A DNA stretch of 49,095 nt from Octopus sinensis (lineage: Eukaryota), in contig NW_021834361.1 of NCBI RefSeq assembly GCF_006345805.1, positions 1-49,095 on the forward strand. The letters are read 5' to 3'. Below, one piece after another: positions 1-11,019 of this stretch; within the stretch, counting starts at the first letter, position 1, and each line of letters starts with the position of its first letter. The notes below the pieces were generated by a model, which searched no databases, was not told the origin of the DNA, and worked only from the letters and a program-made list of their open reading frames with translations. Made by a program: the position numbers and the translations under genes.

Positions 1-2984
1 ATAGATATCCTTAAGAATGTAAACCCGGTGGTTTGATAGTTAGGCTTTAAAGACATGCCCAATTCGTCAATCTCCTGAAATTTCCACTTTTTTTGCACGT
101 GGACTGAAGAATAAATACCTCAAATCCGAAAACACGGACCACGCTCTTCTATGCAAAAAATGGTGACAAATTCGCTGACTATGCAGGTACGAGACCGCCC
201 AGGCTCTGAGTGAGGACCAGTACGACATAGTAAACCGTATAAATGTACTAACATTTGCTTACGCTCTCTGAGAGGACTTTTCTACTAAGGATAAGAAGGA
301 ATTGGGTTTTTGTTTGGGATTATCTCAGTTGCTTTGGTCAAGGACCGGGCTGTGAGTGGTCGAAATGATGAATATTGGAGTGCATCCACTCTCGTAGTAC
401 TATTCTGCATCATTGGCGAGTTCCGTAAAATCGAGTCTCACTTGAGTCTCATCGTTGAATACAGACCTTCGGAGAAGTTAACTTTGTCAATTCATTTTAG
501 GAAATTGTCTTCCCTTTTGAGGAACATTATGGTATTGACTCGGTTCAGTGGTGATTTGGGAATTGCGGATCGCTCAATTTTCAACAATTCGGTAATGTGG
601 ATATATCTAGTTTTAGTTCGCCCAGATAGTATAGAGAACTTTCTTCGGAACTACATCATGGACGTGTGCTCGATATATGTGATATTTGATTTTTACATAT
701 CAAGGCACTCACGGAAATGAGAAGGTCCATTTGCAAAGTGACCCCAGTTTCCGAAGACAACCATCTGGTCTGATTATCTTATCACATTTTTAGAGTGTTG
801 TGTTTGAAACGGTAGAGAGTTATCACCTTCTAGAGCAGAGGTTTCCAAGCTTTTTTTTACGCGCCTCCCTTAGAGAAAAAGTACAATCTTGCGCCTCCCT
901 TTATATTCCATAATATAATACAATTATTATTTTATCAAAAACAATTTTTTAAAACAAAAAGTTAATGAGATAATTTTTTTTCCATCTTGGCGCAAAGTTT
1001 TTCAAATCTTGGTGTCATCGCAGAGAGTGCTACTCTTAGCTCATTAGTCACTACTAAACGAGTTCGATATTTAGATTTAATTGCAGCTAGTGCAGAAAAT
1101 CCAGTTTCGCATAAATATGAAGTAGCAAATGGCAACAAAACTTTCATTGCTTTATTCGACAAAATTTCATATTCCGTTCTTACATTCAACCAAAAAGAAA
1201 TTAGCGGTTCTCTCTCAAATTTTTGTTTCAATAATGTATCGCATGACAATTCTATCAATTTTTCTTTTTCAAAAGTTGTCAATGCAAATTGATTATCTTC
1301 TTCATCAATAATGGATTCTGTATCCATTCGAACATTTTACAGTCGAGATCTTTAAAATAGTGAGCAAAATGCTTCAACAAACAATCCAAATGTTCAGCAA
1401 ATATGTCTTTGTTTGCTTCAATGTTCACTATGGCGCAAAAGTGTTTCCTAACAATAAGTAAGATGGAAAGTATTTTCTTGTCTTTGGAGTGGTATTGATT
1501 ATATTCCAATCATTTTGATTTTTTGAACCATCGTCAAAATCTTTATTATTCGTGAATTTTCTTTTGCAACCACTCAAGAATTTATTCATGTGTTAAAATT
1601 ATTTAATTGTCTAATAAATTAAATAAATTTTTGAAAAAATATAATTTTTAAATTAATAACTCTTATTATCGGAATATAGTCACGTTTTTTACATAGATAT
1701 AATTTTCTAAAAAATGTTTCTGAAATACTTTTCGCGCCTCCCTTGACACGAGTCAACGCCTCCCTAGGGAGGCGCGCCTCCCCATTTGGAAACCTCTGTT
1801 CTAGAGCAAGCAAAATTCACGTTATTTTTAATTCAGAGAATTTTAGGTTGAATGACAACACAGTCAAGATTTCCTCGATAACAGGTGACAAGACTCTGAC
1901 TTTTCTGACCTCTTCGAAGGCAGAAAGGTCAAGTAATATCTGTTCACTTGGAAGCATCATTGATTGGAGTGCAACTCATTCACAAAATCTTAACGTTCAA
2001 AAATCGTTTTTCGACACCGTTTTAATTATCAAAGACTGAGTTTAGGACTTTGTTTTTTCACCTATTGACTTTTCGTCCATTTCGAAAAATTCCTCGTTTG
2101 GCATTCAAATATTTCAAAGCGAAAAGGGAACATTGAAGATCATTCGCTGCGTCGATTTCAAGTTTTATCTTTGAGCATTGTGTTAGTGAGGCCAATGATC
2201 TCCATTCGCTAATAAATCTTGTACACAGCAGGAATATTGTTCACCAGCATATCTTTGGTTATTATGGAGTTTCGATTAACGATGTTTTCGTTTCGGTCGC
2301 CTTTAGTGGGTTTAAAAGTATGTTTCTCAGAATAATGGGTAAAGTGAATTCTTTGAGGGAATGCATGACGGTTAGTGAATTTAAATGCTTTGAAGTGATC
2401 AATTATGTCGAACAGCTGATCAATGCTCTCATTTTTTGGGTATTTTGTGCCAAAGTGTGTATCTTAGCATTCTCGTGATTTCATTCATTACTATATTTCT
2501 GCAGAGACAGTCTTTCTTTTAAATACACAAATCAAAATTGAGATTTTTGATATTTCTGTATTTTTGAACGTAGGGGCCTTGATGGTACAGTGCTTGACAT
2601 ACTTGGTAGCTTTCTTAAGTTCCTGGGTTCGAATCTCACTGTGTTGCACATGCGGGGCTATAAACATTATGGCTTTCGTGAAAAGTGCTATAATAATAAT
2701 AGTAGAAACAAGTAATTTACTGTGATGAATATCCTGCAATTGCTCCGGAAATCTGGAAAAATGATATCATCACTTTTCTAAAAAGGTTATGTTTTTTGAA
2801 TATCGACAGATTGACGTCTGGGGAGTGGGAACGGTGGTTTTGGAGTTGTTGGGGAATAAAATCTTCCACGCTTCCTTGGTTTGGCTGATATTTTTATTTT
2901 AGCTGACAAATGAAATTGAACTTGTTCCTGAAGCAAAAAATCCCAATTTTCGAGCTTCGTTGGAATCCTTGAAGGAAGACACAT
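1..2984 (-). CDS. Putative multi-exon gene of unknown function, interrupted by the hAT at 836-1798; exon structure unresolved
   Basis: Open minus-strand stretches (2787-2984, 2491-2739, ~2200-2450, ~450-680) are separated by short AT-rich GT..AG segments such as 1801-1820. No family recognised. Confidence 0.3.
836..1798 (-). mobile_element. Internally deleted hAT transposon (Buster/Charlie type)
   Basis: 13-bp TIRs CAGAGGTTTCCAA / TTGGAAACCTCTG. Perfect 8-bp TSD TTCTAGAG (828-835, 1799-1806) with central TA. ORF 962-1327 encodes the hAT dimerisation C-terminus (LISFW..LLPFATSYLCETGFSAL). Confidence 0.95.
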
Positions 2985-3550
2985 TTTTAAGTTAAGGAAT
3001 AAATGGAATTTTCAAGATGATCATAAGTGACTTTAAAATTATGTTTTATATTAATTTTTAAATAATTGATCATTTCTTTTTAACAAAATAATCTTAATAT
3101 TCAAGGTCATTACAAATAAAGCCTCAAGAGAGCTCTACACGACGAAACCTAGCATGAATGATCAAGTTTGAATATTCCATGGAAACTAACAAAAGTCCAG
3201 TTGATTGTATTCACAAAACGGAACAATGAGAACGTCAATACGAATACATTCCAACAGCTGTCAAAGTGCGTCAATATTTGTCCTGCCTATACTCCAATAC
3301 AATTCGCGAGCGTAAAGGAATTTTTTAATCTAAAAAATTGAGCCTAAACGTAAAGTGCAGGAATCCCTGATGGGGACTAGAATAGGTCCTGTTTTCCGTG
3401 CAAAGGGCAAGTCGTACCTTTTTAGCATTGGGTGCCTTCGAGACAGAATCATAGTATATTAATTTTTAGTTAAATGGTGAGAAATATAATATTTTTTTTA
3501 TATAATAAACATTAATTAATTATATTAAATTTGAATTACGTCCTTCCGAA

Positions 3551-4100
3551 ATGCTTGGTTTAAGTGACACTCAAAGTATTACAAAAAGAATACTTATAAA
3601 TCATCAACTTTATTTTAAATAATACTTTTCAGAAATAGGAATCTGGCTGGTGAGTTTTGGACTGATTTCACTCTCTTTGGGCCTTTTTTTGTTTCTCAAT
3701 CGAGGCCTTCTCACCATGGGCAATGTTTAGAGCAATGTTTAGTCACATTACAGGTGTTGATTGTTTCGGGGATTGTTTTGATTATTGGATTCGAAGGATC
3801 CTTCCGATTTTTTTTCCAACGAAATAAACTTACATCCACAGCTGCATTTCTATTCGGAATTTTTTGTATTTTTTTAAATTGGAAATTGATTGGAATTGTA
3901 ATCGAATTGTACGGCCTGGTCATGTTGTTGAGGTATTTTCGGACGTATTTTGTAGAGGGTTTTTCCCCGTGGTGCTGGGATATGTTTCCCGAGTCCCTCT
4001 GATCGGAGCCCTGGCCAGGATGCCCATTTGCACGAAGGTTGCACTCATTTCTTTACTCTAGTTTGTCGAATTGCTTTCGGGGAATGCGCCTATCCTTTAA
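3551..4100 (+). CDS. GOLT1: Golgi transport protein GOT1/GOLT1 (138 aa, 5 exons)
   Basis: Exons 3551-3575, 3633-3724, 3754-3932, 3956-4037, 4062-4100; GT-AG introns of 57, 29, 23 and 24 nt. Protein MLGLSDTQKIG..GNVLIVSG..FRFFFQRNK..LLRGFFPVVLGYVSRVPLIG matches the Got1 family. Confidence 0.93.
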
Positions 4101-4293
4101 TCACACATTTTTAATATTGTTTTTAAATATAGATTTATTTGGATGAGTTATTTATTGAGTGAAAATTAGTTTATTTTATTTCTAAAACTAAAAGGTTGAT
4201 TGAATTGACCAGATTTTGTAGGCCGTAACAAAAAGTTATTTGTAGGGCAAAAATATATTTATAGTTATTAAAAGTGAAATAAAATTACTATTA

Positions 4294-5198
4294 ATGGAAT
4301 GTGAACTGGTTGATGCGGTTATGGACACTCAGTGTTTTATAAATGAAAACTTTTCAAAGTTAACAATCGATGGAGTCAACATAATAAAGAGAAACTATCA
4401 CAAGACCAACAAAGTAAACATGTTTATAGAGGAGGTGGGCATCCACTGCTAAATAAATCAGGTCACCGACTCTCTGCTGTCCTCCATTCGTACACATTTA
4501 GACATGATCGATCCTTTTTCCGTAAAATGACCATTTTGTTGTTTATAGAGCGAAGAGACCCTTTATTTGGGAGATGGGTATGTCCTCAGTGATGACCACC
4601 CCCGAGATATGGAAATAACTGGTACACACTAAAATAAACAGTCAGTTAAATTGTTCGTCAACGAGCTGGAAACTGAGGCCATTTTGAGTGGAGAATTGAA
4701 TAGATGTATTCCTCGTTGATATTGCAGTGAGGGGGGTTCTCGGAGTGGGGTGCCTCAACAGGGTCATTCTCTCATATTCGGGGGATAAAAATGTGATCAG
4801 TGAAACATTCATGGCACATTGGAGAGAACTTGAGTTGTGTGGTGTGGCCAACTCGTTGGGGGTTGCTGATATGGACTTTGCTTTGCTCGTTCAGTTGTTC
4901 GAACGTGCTGCGGTCAAGCCCTGCGTAGTCCAATCCAACTTTGATGACTGTTGTGTCATTCCTGCCGAACTGACTACTTTTTGCAAAAATAATAATATTA
5001 AAATATTGACCCATCACGACCCGAAATGTAATGTTTGCTTTATTATGATTAGTTCCGCTGGTTGTTGGTGAATTAGAGGGTAATCTCCCGGTGGCCAAAA
5101 GTAATTGGGGGATAAAAGTCCTCATGCGACACAGCGCCATCATTCCTTCGAGGGGGCTCATTCTTCATAAGGGATATTCCGTCTATGCCTCACGATGA
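4294..5198 (+). CDS. GCLM: Glutamate-cysteine ligase modifier subunit
   Basis: Motifs EITVKLFV, SLGVADMD, AVKPCVVQSNFDDCCVIPAELTTFCKNNNIKILTHHDPK and RHSAIIPSRGLILHKGY join across ~22-27-nt introns (e.g. 4622-4645). Confidence 0.88.
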
Positions 5199-5277
5199 CT
5201 AATACAAATTTAATTATTAATAGTAATCACAATAATTTCTAATAAAATTACTTATTGTCAAGTATACAATTATTGCT

Positions 5278-6256
5278 ATGCATTATCGCTGCCTCACTTG
5301 TCGATATCCGGGCTCACTTATTTCTCGCTTTCCATTGGACAGGGCTACAGCTCAATGGAATGTGTCATTGCCGGAGTACAATCCTCCATACTACACATCC
5401 CCCCACATATTGGAGGACAATCCTCCCTGGGCCGACACAGAGTTATTCTTGTGGTCATAAAAACACAGAGATACTTCCAATATAGTATTCAACACACTAG
5501 AAAAGTCAATTAACCGAGTTAGTCATATGGGTCCTTTTGATGTGACCGAAAATAACATTCCTCTGTAAATTGTGTGTAGTAGTGGTAGTAATCCGGTTGG
5601 GAGGACAGGATTGGTAGGGAGGGGAAGACTGGGGAGATGGGGACCAAATCATGCTGCCGACCCAATCGTGACACGGTTCCAATCGGGAAATATTAAACAT
5701 TTAGTCAGATGGAAAAGGGATTCGAATTATGAAGTACTTGTTGATAATGACTCGGGTCTCCCCATTCTACAATTCGTGGCAATCATTAGGAGAGACTGCG
5801 GGGCCTGGGCTCTCCCTGGGGTTCCACTTAATTAACTATTTAAGGGAATGGTCGATCCTGGCGAACAAGTTTCCTGCACTTTAAAACGAGAGTTTTGTGA
5901 GGAGGCTGCCAACATTGAAATGAACCACAAAGTTATCGAAGAGTCACTCCAGAATGGGGTGGAGGCATATTTTACCAAAGCACTGATACCCAGATTTATC
6001 GAGGATATGTGGATGACCCCAGAAACACGGACAATTCTTGGATAGAGACAGTGGCCGTGAACTATCATGCGGACGAGTGGAACTCTCCTATCGCCCAGCT
6101 GAATCTCCATCATGGTTGTGATAGAGGATGACGCATTTGTCAGGGGATGACGCAGTGGGTGTCCAATGGATGGACTTTGTGCCTGGAATGGACATTTATG
6201 CTAACCATTCGTCCTTCATAACACAAGTGGCAGTTAATCGAAACGCCTTTAACTAA
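5278..6256 (+). CDS. NUDT9: ADP-ribose pyrophosphatase NUDT9 (Nudix)
   Basis: [93 protein letters not shown]; six mini-introns. Confidence 0.95.
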
Positions 6257-6349
6257 TCATTAGTACTAATTATGCTACTTTTTTCATTTGCTACTTATTC
6301 TTGTCCTTTGTTGCTTTATTGGATTAACATTTAATGATTTAATCAATTC

Positions 6350-7370
6350 TTCAAGTATGTGACATCGATTTTTGATACCTAAATGAACACTTGTTGTAAA
6401 TACCAGTGGTTGATATTCTTCGTGACCTCTCAATTCCTACTAAGCTTCTTAGTTGCCTTCTATGGAACGAATCCAGTTTCAATACTTCGTTGAGAGAACT
6501 TCCTCATGTCCCAGCGTTGACAGTAGGATCAGATCTTTCATGAGTAATATCGACTTGTCTTCTCATTTCCGTAGTTTCGGTTTTGAAACCATTTTCCAAG
6601 CTTCGCAGGTGCATTTTCTAGTAGGTGTTGGAGTGCGGACACAAAATCCACATCATAAGATGCCTCTTCTATGTCTCCTATATAGCATTTAGGGAGGTCG
6701 CGGAGTGCAGATTGAATGGAGTCACCCTGGAGTGTCCCAATCGTTGTTTTGAAACTGCGGGAAGTTGCTCTTTCTGTCATAGAAAATAGTCTTTGTTCTC
6801 AAGTAGTAGTCTGATTATCCTAACCGTCAATTTATTTGCTTAAGCACATTCATCAGCTTTGGTCTGTTAGAAAGCTCTGGAGAGATCTATTCCCAACACG
6901 GTCGTTGCCCAGCGACATCTGTGGCTCCAATGCCGTAGACCTCCCTTTTCAGTACCCATTTTGATAGATCTGTCACTCCCTTTATCCGTGTTTGCCAGCA
7001 CCTTGCGTATCGAATTCAAAAGTATTATCGGGCAAAGATTTTCTACTGATCCTTTTGATTTGTTCGGTTTTGTATGAGTATTAATTGTCCATTTCCAAGT
7101 CCTAGATCGGTGTTGGTATCAAAAAATGTCATATAGGATTTTTGCATTTGTGTCGTTTTTTGGTCCATATTTTAGAAGCTCAGGGCTTATGTTGGTTTAG
7201 TTTGACCTGTAAGACACATCTGATCGTTGATTTTTCAATAGCGATGTAGTTTTCTAAGATGATCCACATGTGGTGCAAATCCCGTGCAATAGTGCTTGCA
7301 TTCAGTCGGGAAGAGGATCAGTCGGTAGTTGTTCCATGAATAATTGCGTCCAAACTTTTCAGACCTGCAA
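6350..7370 (-). mobile_element. Degenerate RTE-type non-LTR retrotransposon relic, related to 40743-42168
   Basis: Decayed RT motifs (TVLGIDLSRAF, IGTLQGDS, SYDVDFVS, PAKLGKWF, PELLKYG) are colinear with the RTE at 40.7-42.2 kb; many stops. Confidence 0.75.
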
Positions 7371-7443
7371 GATAGAAGTAAGTAAAATAAAAATATTAGT
7401 AAATTTAATCCTAAAATATTTTTAAAGTAATAAACACGATAGC

Positions 7444-8931
7444 ATGTTAGGTGATTATAACTTTTGTTCATTCAACTGGACAAATATATGCACTCACGTG
7501 GCTAAATTTACAAAAAATGACATAAACGGATTTCTTATATCAAAAAAGAATTCCCCCGAAACGGTCATTGGGAGTGTCCCCGTTTTACATCTCAATTTGA
7601 CATTGTCCCCGACTATGGAAATGTGTTTGAAAAAAGTTAAATATATATTATTAATACAAGTTGGAGCAATTTTGTGATGACAACGACTACCAAATAACTG
7701 GATATTATGAAAAGATTAGTTTTTCTGATCCTCGAATGTAATATTCAATTATATATTATCAGAATACTCCCATCCTCGCTTAAACTAATGAAGAAACTAA
7801 ATATAAGTCTGTATGTCCAGGTAATGGAATTTTCTATATTCCAGGTAAGATTCACTAGAAACTTGCAAGTGGGTATATATGACTTGAAACCGAACGGTGA
7901 GCTGCTCAAGAGTGTTGGGTATACTTCTCTGCTTATTTTAGCGAGGATTTTTCTGACGAAATTGAGAATGTGTGGCTTAATATTATTGATAATCAATCTT
8001 TTCATGACTTTTTGGACTTTGACGATTACATCGACTGTCCTTCTGTTGAATGGCCGTTGGTTTGAATTGACTATTGTCCCTGTTCTCTAAAAATGTTAAT
8101 GTCTTGTATCTATTTATGATACAAAAATGAATACTATTAGTTAGCACTCAACATATTTTTGTCCTACTTGATGAGATTCATTAGCTTGAAAATGATTCGA
8201 AAAAGATTTTACAAAACGAATCATATTTTTGCTTCTGCACCGAATGAGTGGTTTCAAAATGACTTTATTTATCTGAAAAGGTTTAAAAACGTTAACGGAG
8301 GATCCAAATGGATTCTATCCGTTATCTGTTTTATGATTATAATTATCCTAGTTTTGCTTTTGCTAGGGCACTAATGAATAAGTCAGAAGTCGAGGTTTCA
8401 AAAAAATTCGAGTCCCTTTTTATCTCAATGATTCCTGTCAAATTCTACAATTGGACAATGGGACAGAATTCAAAAATTACGACAATATATTATTTTGTAG
8501 GAAATAGTTGAGCTCTTTAATCAATTGAAGTATCCTAATGTAAATGAATGAGTCTTAATTCTTGAATATTCAGTCCATTGCTAAAATATAACGATGCCCT
8601 CATTTTCAGATACCCTATTCAAGCATTATCAGGAATTTTAGGAACAAATCTGTTGCCGATAATCGAATGCGTAGAAAGTGACATATTTTAAGTAATCTTA
8701 GAATCGTCCGAAAAAACATTTTCTTTAATTTTGAAATACATCCGATTTGTAGTGATGATAAATAAGGCTTGGATTACAAAGGATTATGGGACGAATCCAG
8801 CTTTAATGTTGAATAAATTTGAATCCAAATATTCCGATACTTGCGAAATACTAAAAATACTGTTCAACGAAATTCATGTTTATGTAAAATTTTCAAATGA
8901 TGATAAAAAATCGGTGTTGATGTCTCGTTAA
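7444..8931 (+). CDS. Uncharacterised multi-exon gene (Cys/Trp/acidic segments)
   Basis: Mini-intron-like GT..AG segments on + (e.g. 7738-7762, 7821-7844, 7919-7941) join protein-like segments NGHWECPRF, LEQFCDDNDYQITGYYE and EDFSDEIENVWLNIIDNQSFHDFLDFDDYIDCP. Model incomplete. Confidence 0.4.
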
Positions 8932-8994
8932 AAAAATAGCAATTAAATGTCTATTTATTAATTTTTAAAGTTCGTAGCATTAATTTGTTAACTA

Positions 8995-9056
8995 TTTGCC
9001 ATAGTAACACGTAACGCACAGGCTGCCCATAGAGGCCTGGTTGCTAATGTCACATA
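8995..9056. mobile_element. Possible isolated TIR remnant related to the Ginger-like element at 16514-17364
   Basis: TTGCCATAGTAACACGTAACG..AGGCTGCCCATAG resembles TTGCCATGGAAACACGTAAAGG..GGTTGCCCATAG at ~17307-17342. Confidence 0.35.
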
Positions 9057-9790
9057 AGACCACCTCACTTCAATCAAAAGGGAAACATGACTGAGACCAA
9101 TGCCTTTACGAGACCTATCTCGATGCGAGAATTTATTAACAATGAGTGCTCAACCTATTTCCTCGTAACAAAATACCATTTTTCTTGTTAAGGAGGAATA
9201 AACTATGGCTATTGATTTTTTGTACCTCGGATTTTTTGATTATGATTTAAAAATTAAAATGAAAATTTTTTTTATGAATAAAATTAGCTTGCTAAGCAAC
9301 TATGAGTAACTATAAAAGTTATATTTAGAAAACACAGGGATACCAAATGAACCAAATAAAGACATTATTGCCACGTTAAAGTAGTTTAAAATTATAACAT
9401 TTCGAGATCTTCGGAAGCAGATAACAGAATAAAGTTCTTCAAGCACAGATGTCGCGAATCAATTGTTTGTCGATAAGAATAAATAACAGAATGCACAACT
9501 TAAGCACATCATTGGCTGCCTTCCCACCGCCCAAGAGGCATTTCATTTCGAAGCCATTCTTTCCGAACCATTTTCCCGAAACGTGCCAAGATCCAAAATA
9601 AATAAAACAAATGTATATAAAATATTATCACGTATATCAGTCCAACAGAATCGCTAAACTAATGCAAGACACCAACAATCATGATATAGTTCGACGAATA
9701 TAAATCACTTAACATTATATTGACTATTAAGAAGCTCTTAAGATTTTATTAAGACTTATCGAGAAATAAAGTAATGCCAACGTCGATAAA

Positions 9791-10701
9791 CTACTTCCGA
9801 ATGCTCACATTATTTAATAAATAGTCGATAGTCCTCATGGAATTGGGGGTGATGTAGTGGAGAGATATCAAATGCCGACTCACACCATTGCGCTCCTGCA
9901 TTAGTAAAATAAAGCAGACGAACTGGGTGTTTGTCCAACTCTCGAAATTGTTTATACCAATCCGGTGTATTTTTTGAAAACGTGTCGATCAGATTAAATG
10001 AAGAAAACCGAGGCAACTGGGATTCGTCGGATTTAATGTCAATTTCAAGACGATTTAAACAACGACCCATTTCCACGTCTTCCATGCCTGTCTTGGCGCT
10101 GCATTCCTTCACCTGGGAGTATATTTAAGCCACTACCTCTGCCTTATTGGCAGAAATCACTTTCTTTACAGCCTCTCTACTCAAAATATAGGAGGCTCCC
10201 CCACTGAAATATCCATTGGGGAAATATTTGTAGAATTTGAGTCCAAATGAAACAGGGCGACTGTGATCTTCAGAAACGAGGAATTGGCGAAGATTGTTCA
10301 CAATAATATATGTATCGTCGTCTGCTTTGACAATCCAGTCATATTCGTCGTGAAATTTGGCTTCGATATATTTCAGTCCGCCGTATGTTTTTGAAGGGAG
10401 ATGTTCGTAGTCATCGTTGATATTCAGCGAGGTTATGAAGGACTCGTTCGCTATGACTTTTCCGACAAAATAAAATGTCTTGTCACATCTTTTGCCCCAC
10501 GTATCCAAGACTGCACGTCCTCGGGTTTTATAATTGTTTTTTGATGTTAAAATCATACAAAATATGACATGTCGATGACTGTCAGTTCTTCCGAGGACGA
10601 CAATATTCTGAAAATAAAGAATGATTCCTAAGAGGATGACAGATGCGATAATCAGCAATCTATATATTTATGAATAAGCAGTGCCTTTTATACAAAAACA
10701 T
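9791..10701 (-). CDS. C1GALT1: Core 1 beta-1,3-galactosyltransferase-like (GT31)
   Basis: N-terminal TM, IFCMILT, DTWGKRCD, DWIVKADDDTY, YFSGGASYILSREA, EDVEMGRCL and ISLHYITP after joining two mini-introns. Start at 10701 is inferred through a short first intron. Confidence 0.85.
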
Positions 10702-11019
10702 TTGTGATTATAAAATTGTGTATTTTATTCAATTTTACTGCAATCAAAAAATCAAAAAATAATAATCCATATGTATAATAACAAAGGGACACAATAAAAA
10801 GTGACAAAATATTGAGAATGCAGAAGAGGAGATCTTTTTGAATCGAATTTTGAAAAACTCACTTAATAGGGGATTTGGCTGAACAAGGTCAAAGACTACT
10901 GTAAAGATTTATAAGTAATAAATGTAAAAAGTGAGTGTAAAAATAATGCTTAAGCATGACAGTCGGATTTTCTCGACAACTCAATAAAGAAAATAAGCCT
11001 AATTGATAATCGATATTTG

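Noticed and set aside
7440-8930. Cadherin- or Ig-like gene on the minus strand
   Set aside because: Motif hints are interrupted by stops, and the mini-intron signals lie on the plus strand.
9130-9780. Possible small minus-strand membrane-protein gene downstream of the C1GALT1-like gene
   Set aside because: Several partly open frames, but no consistent splice model or recognisable motif.
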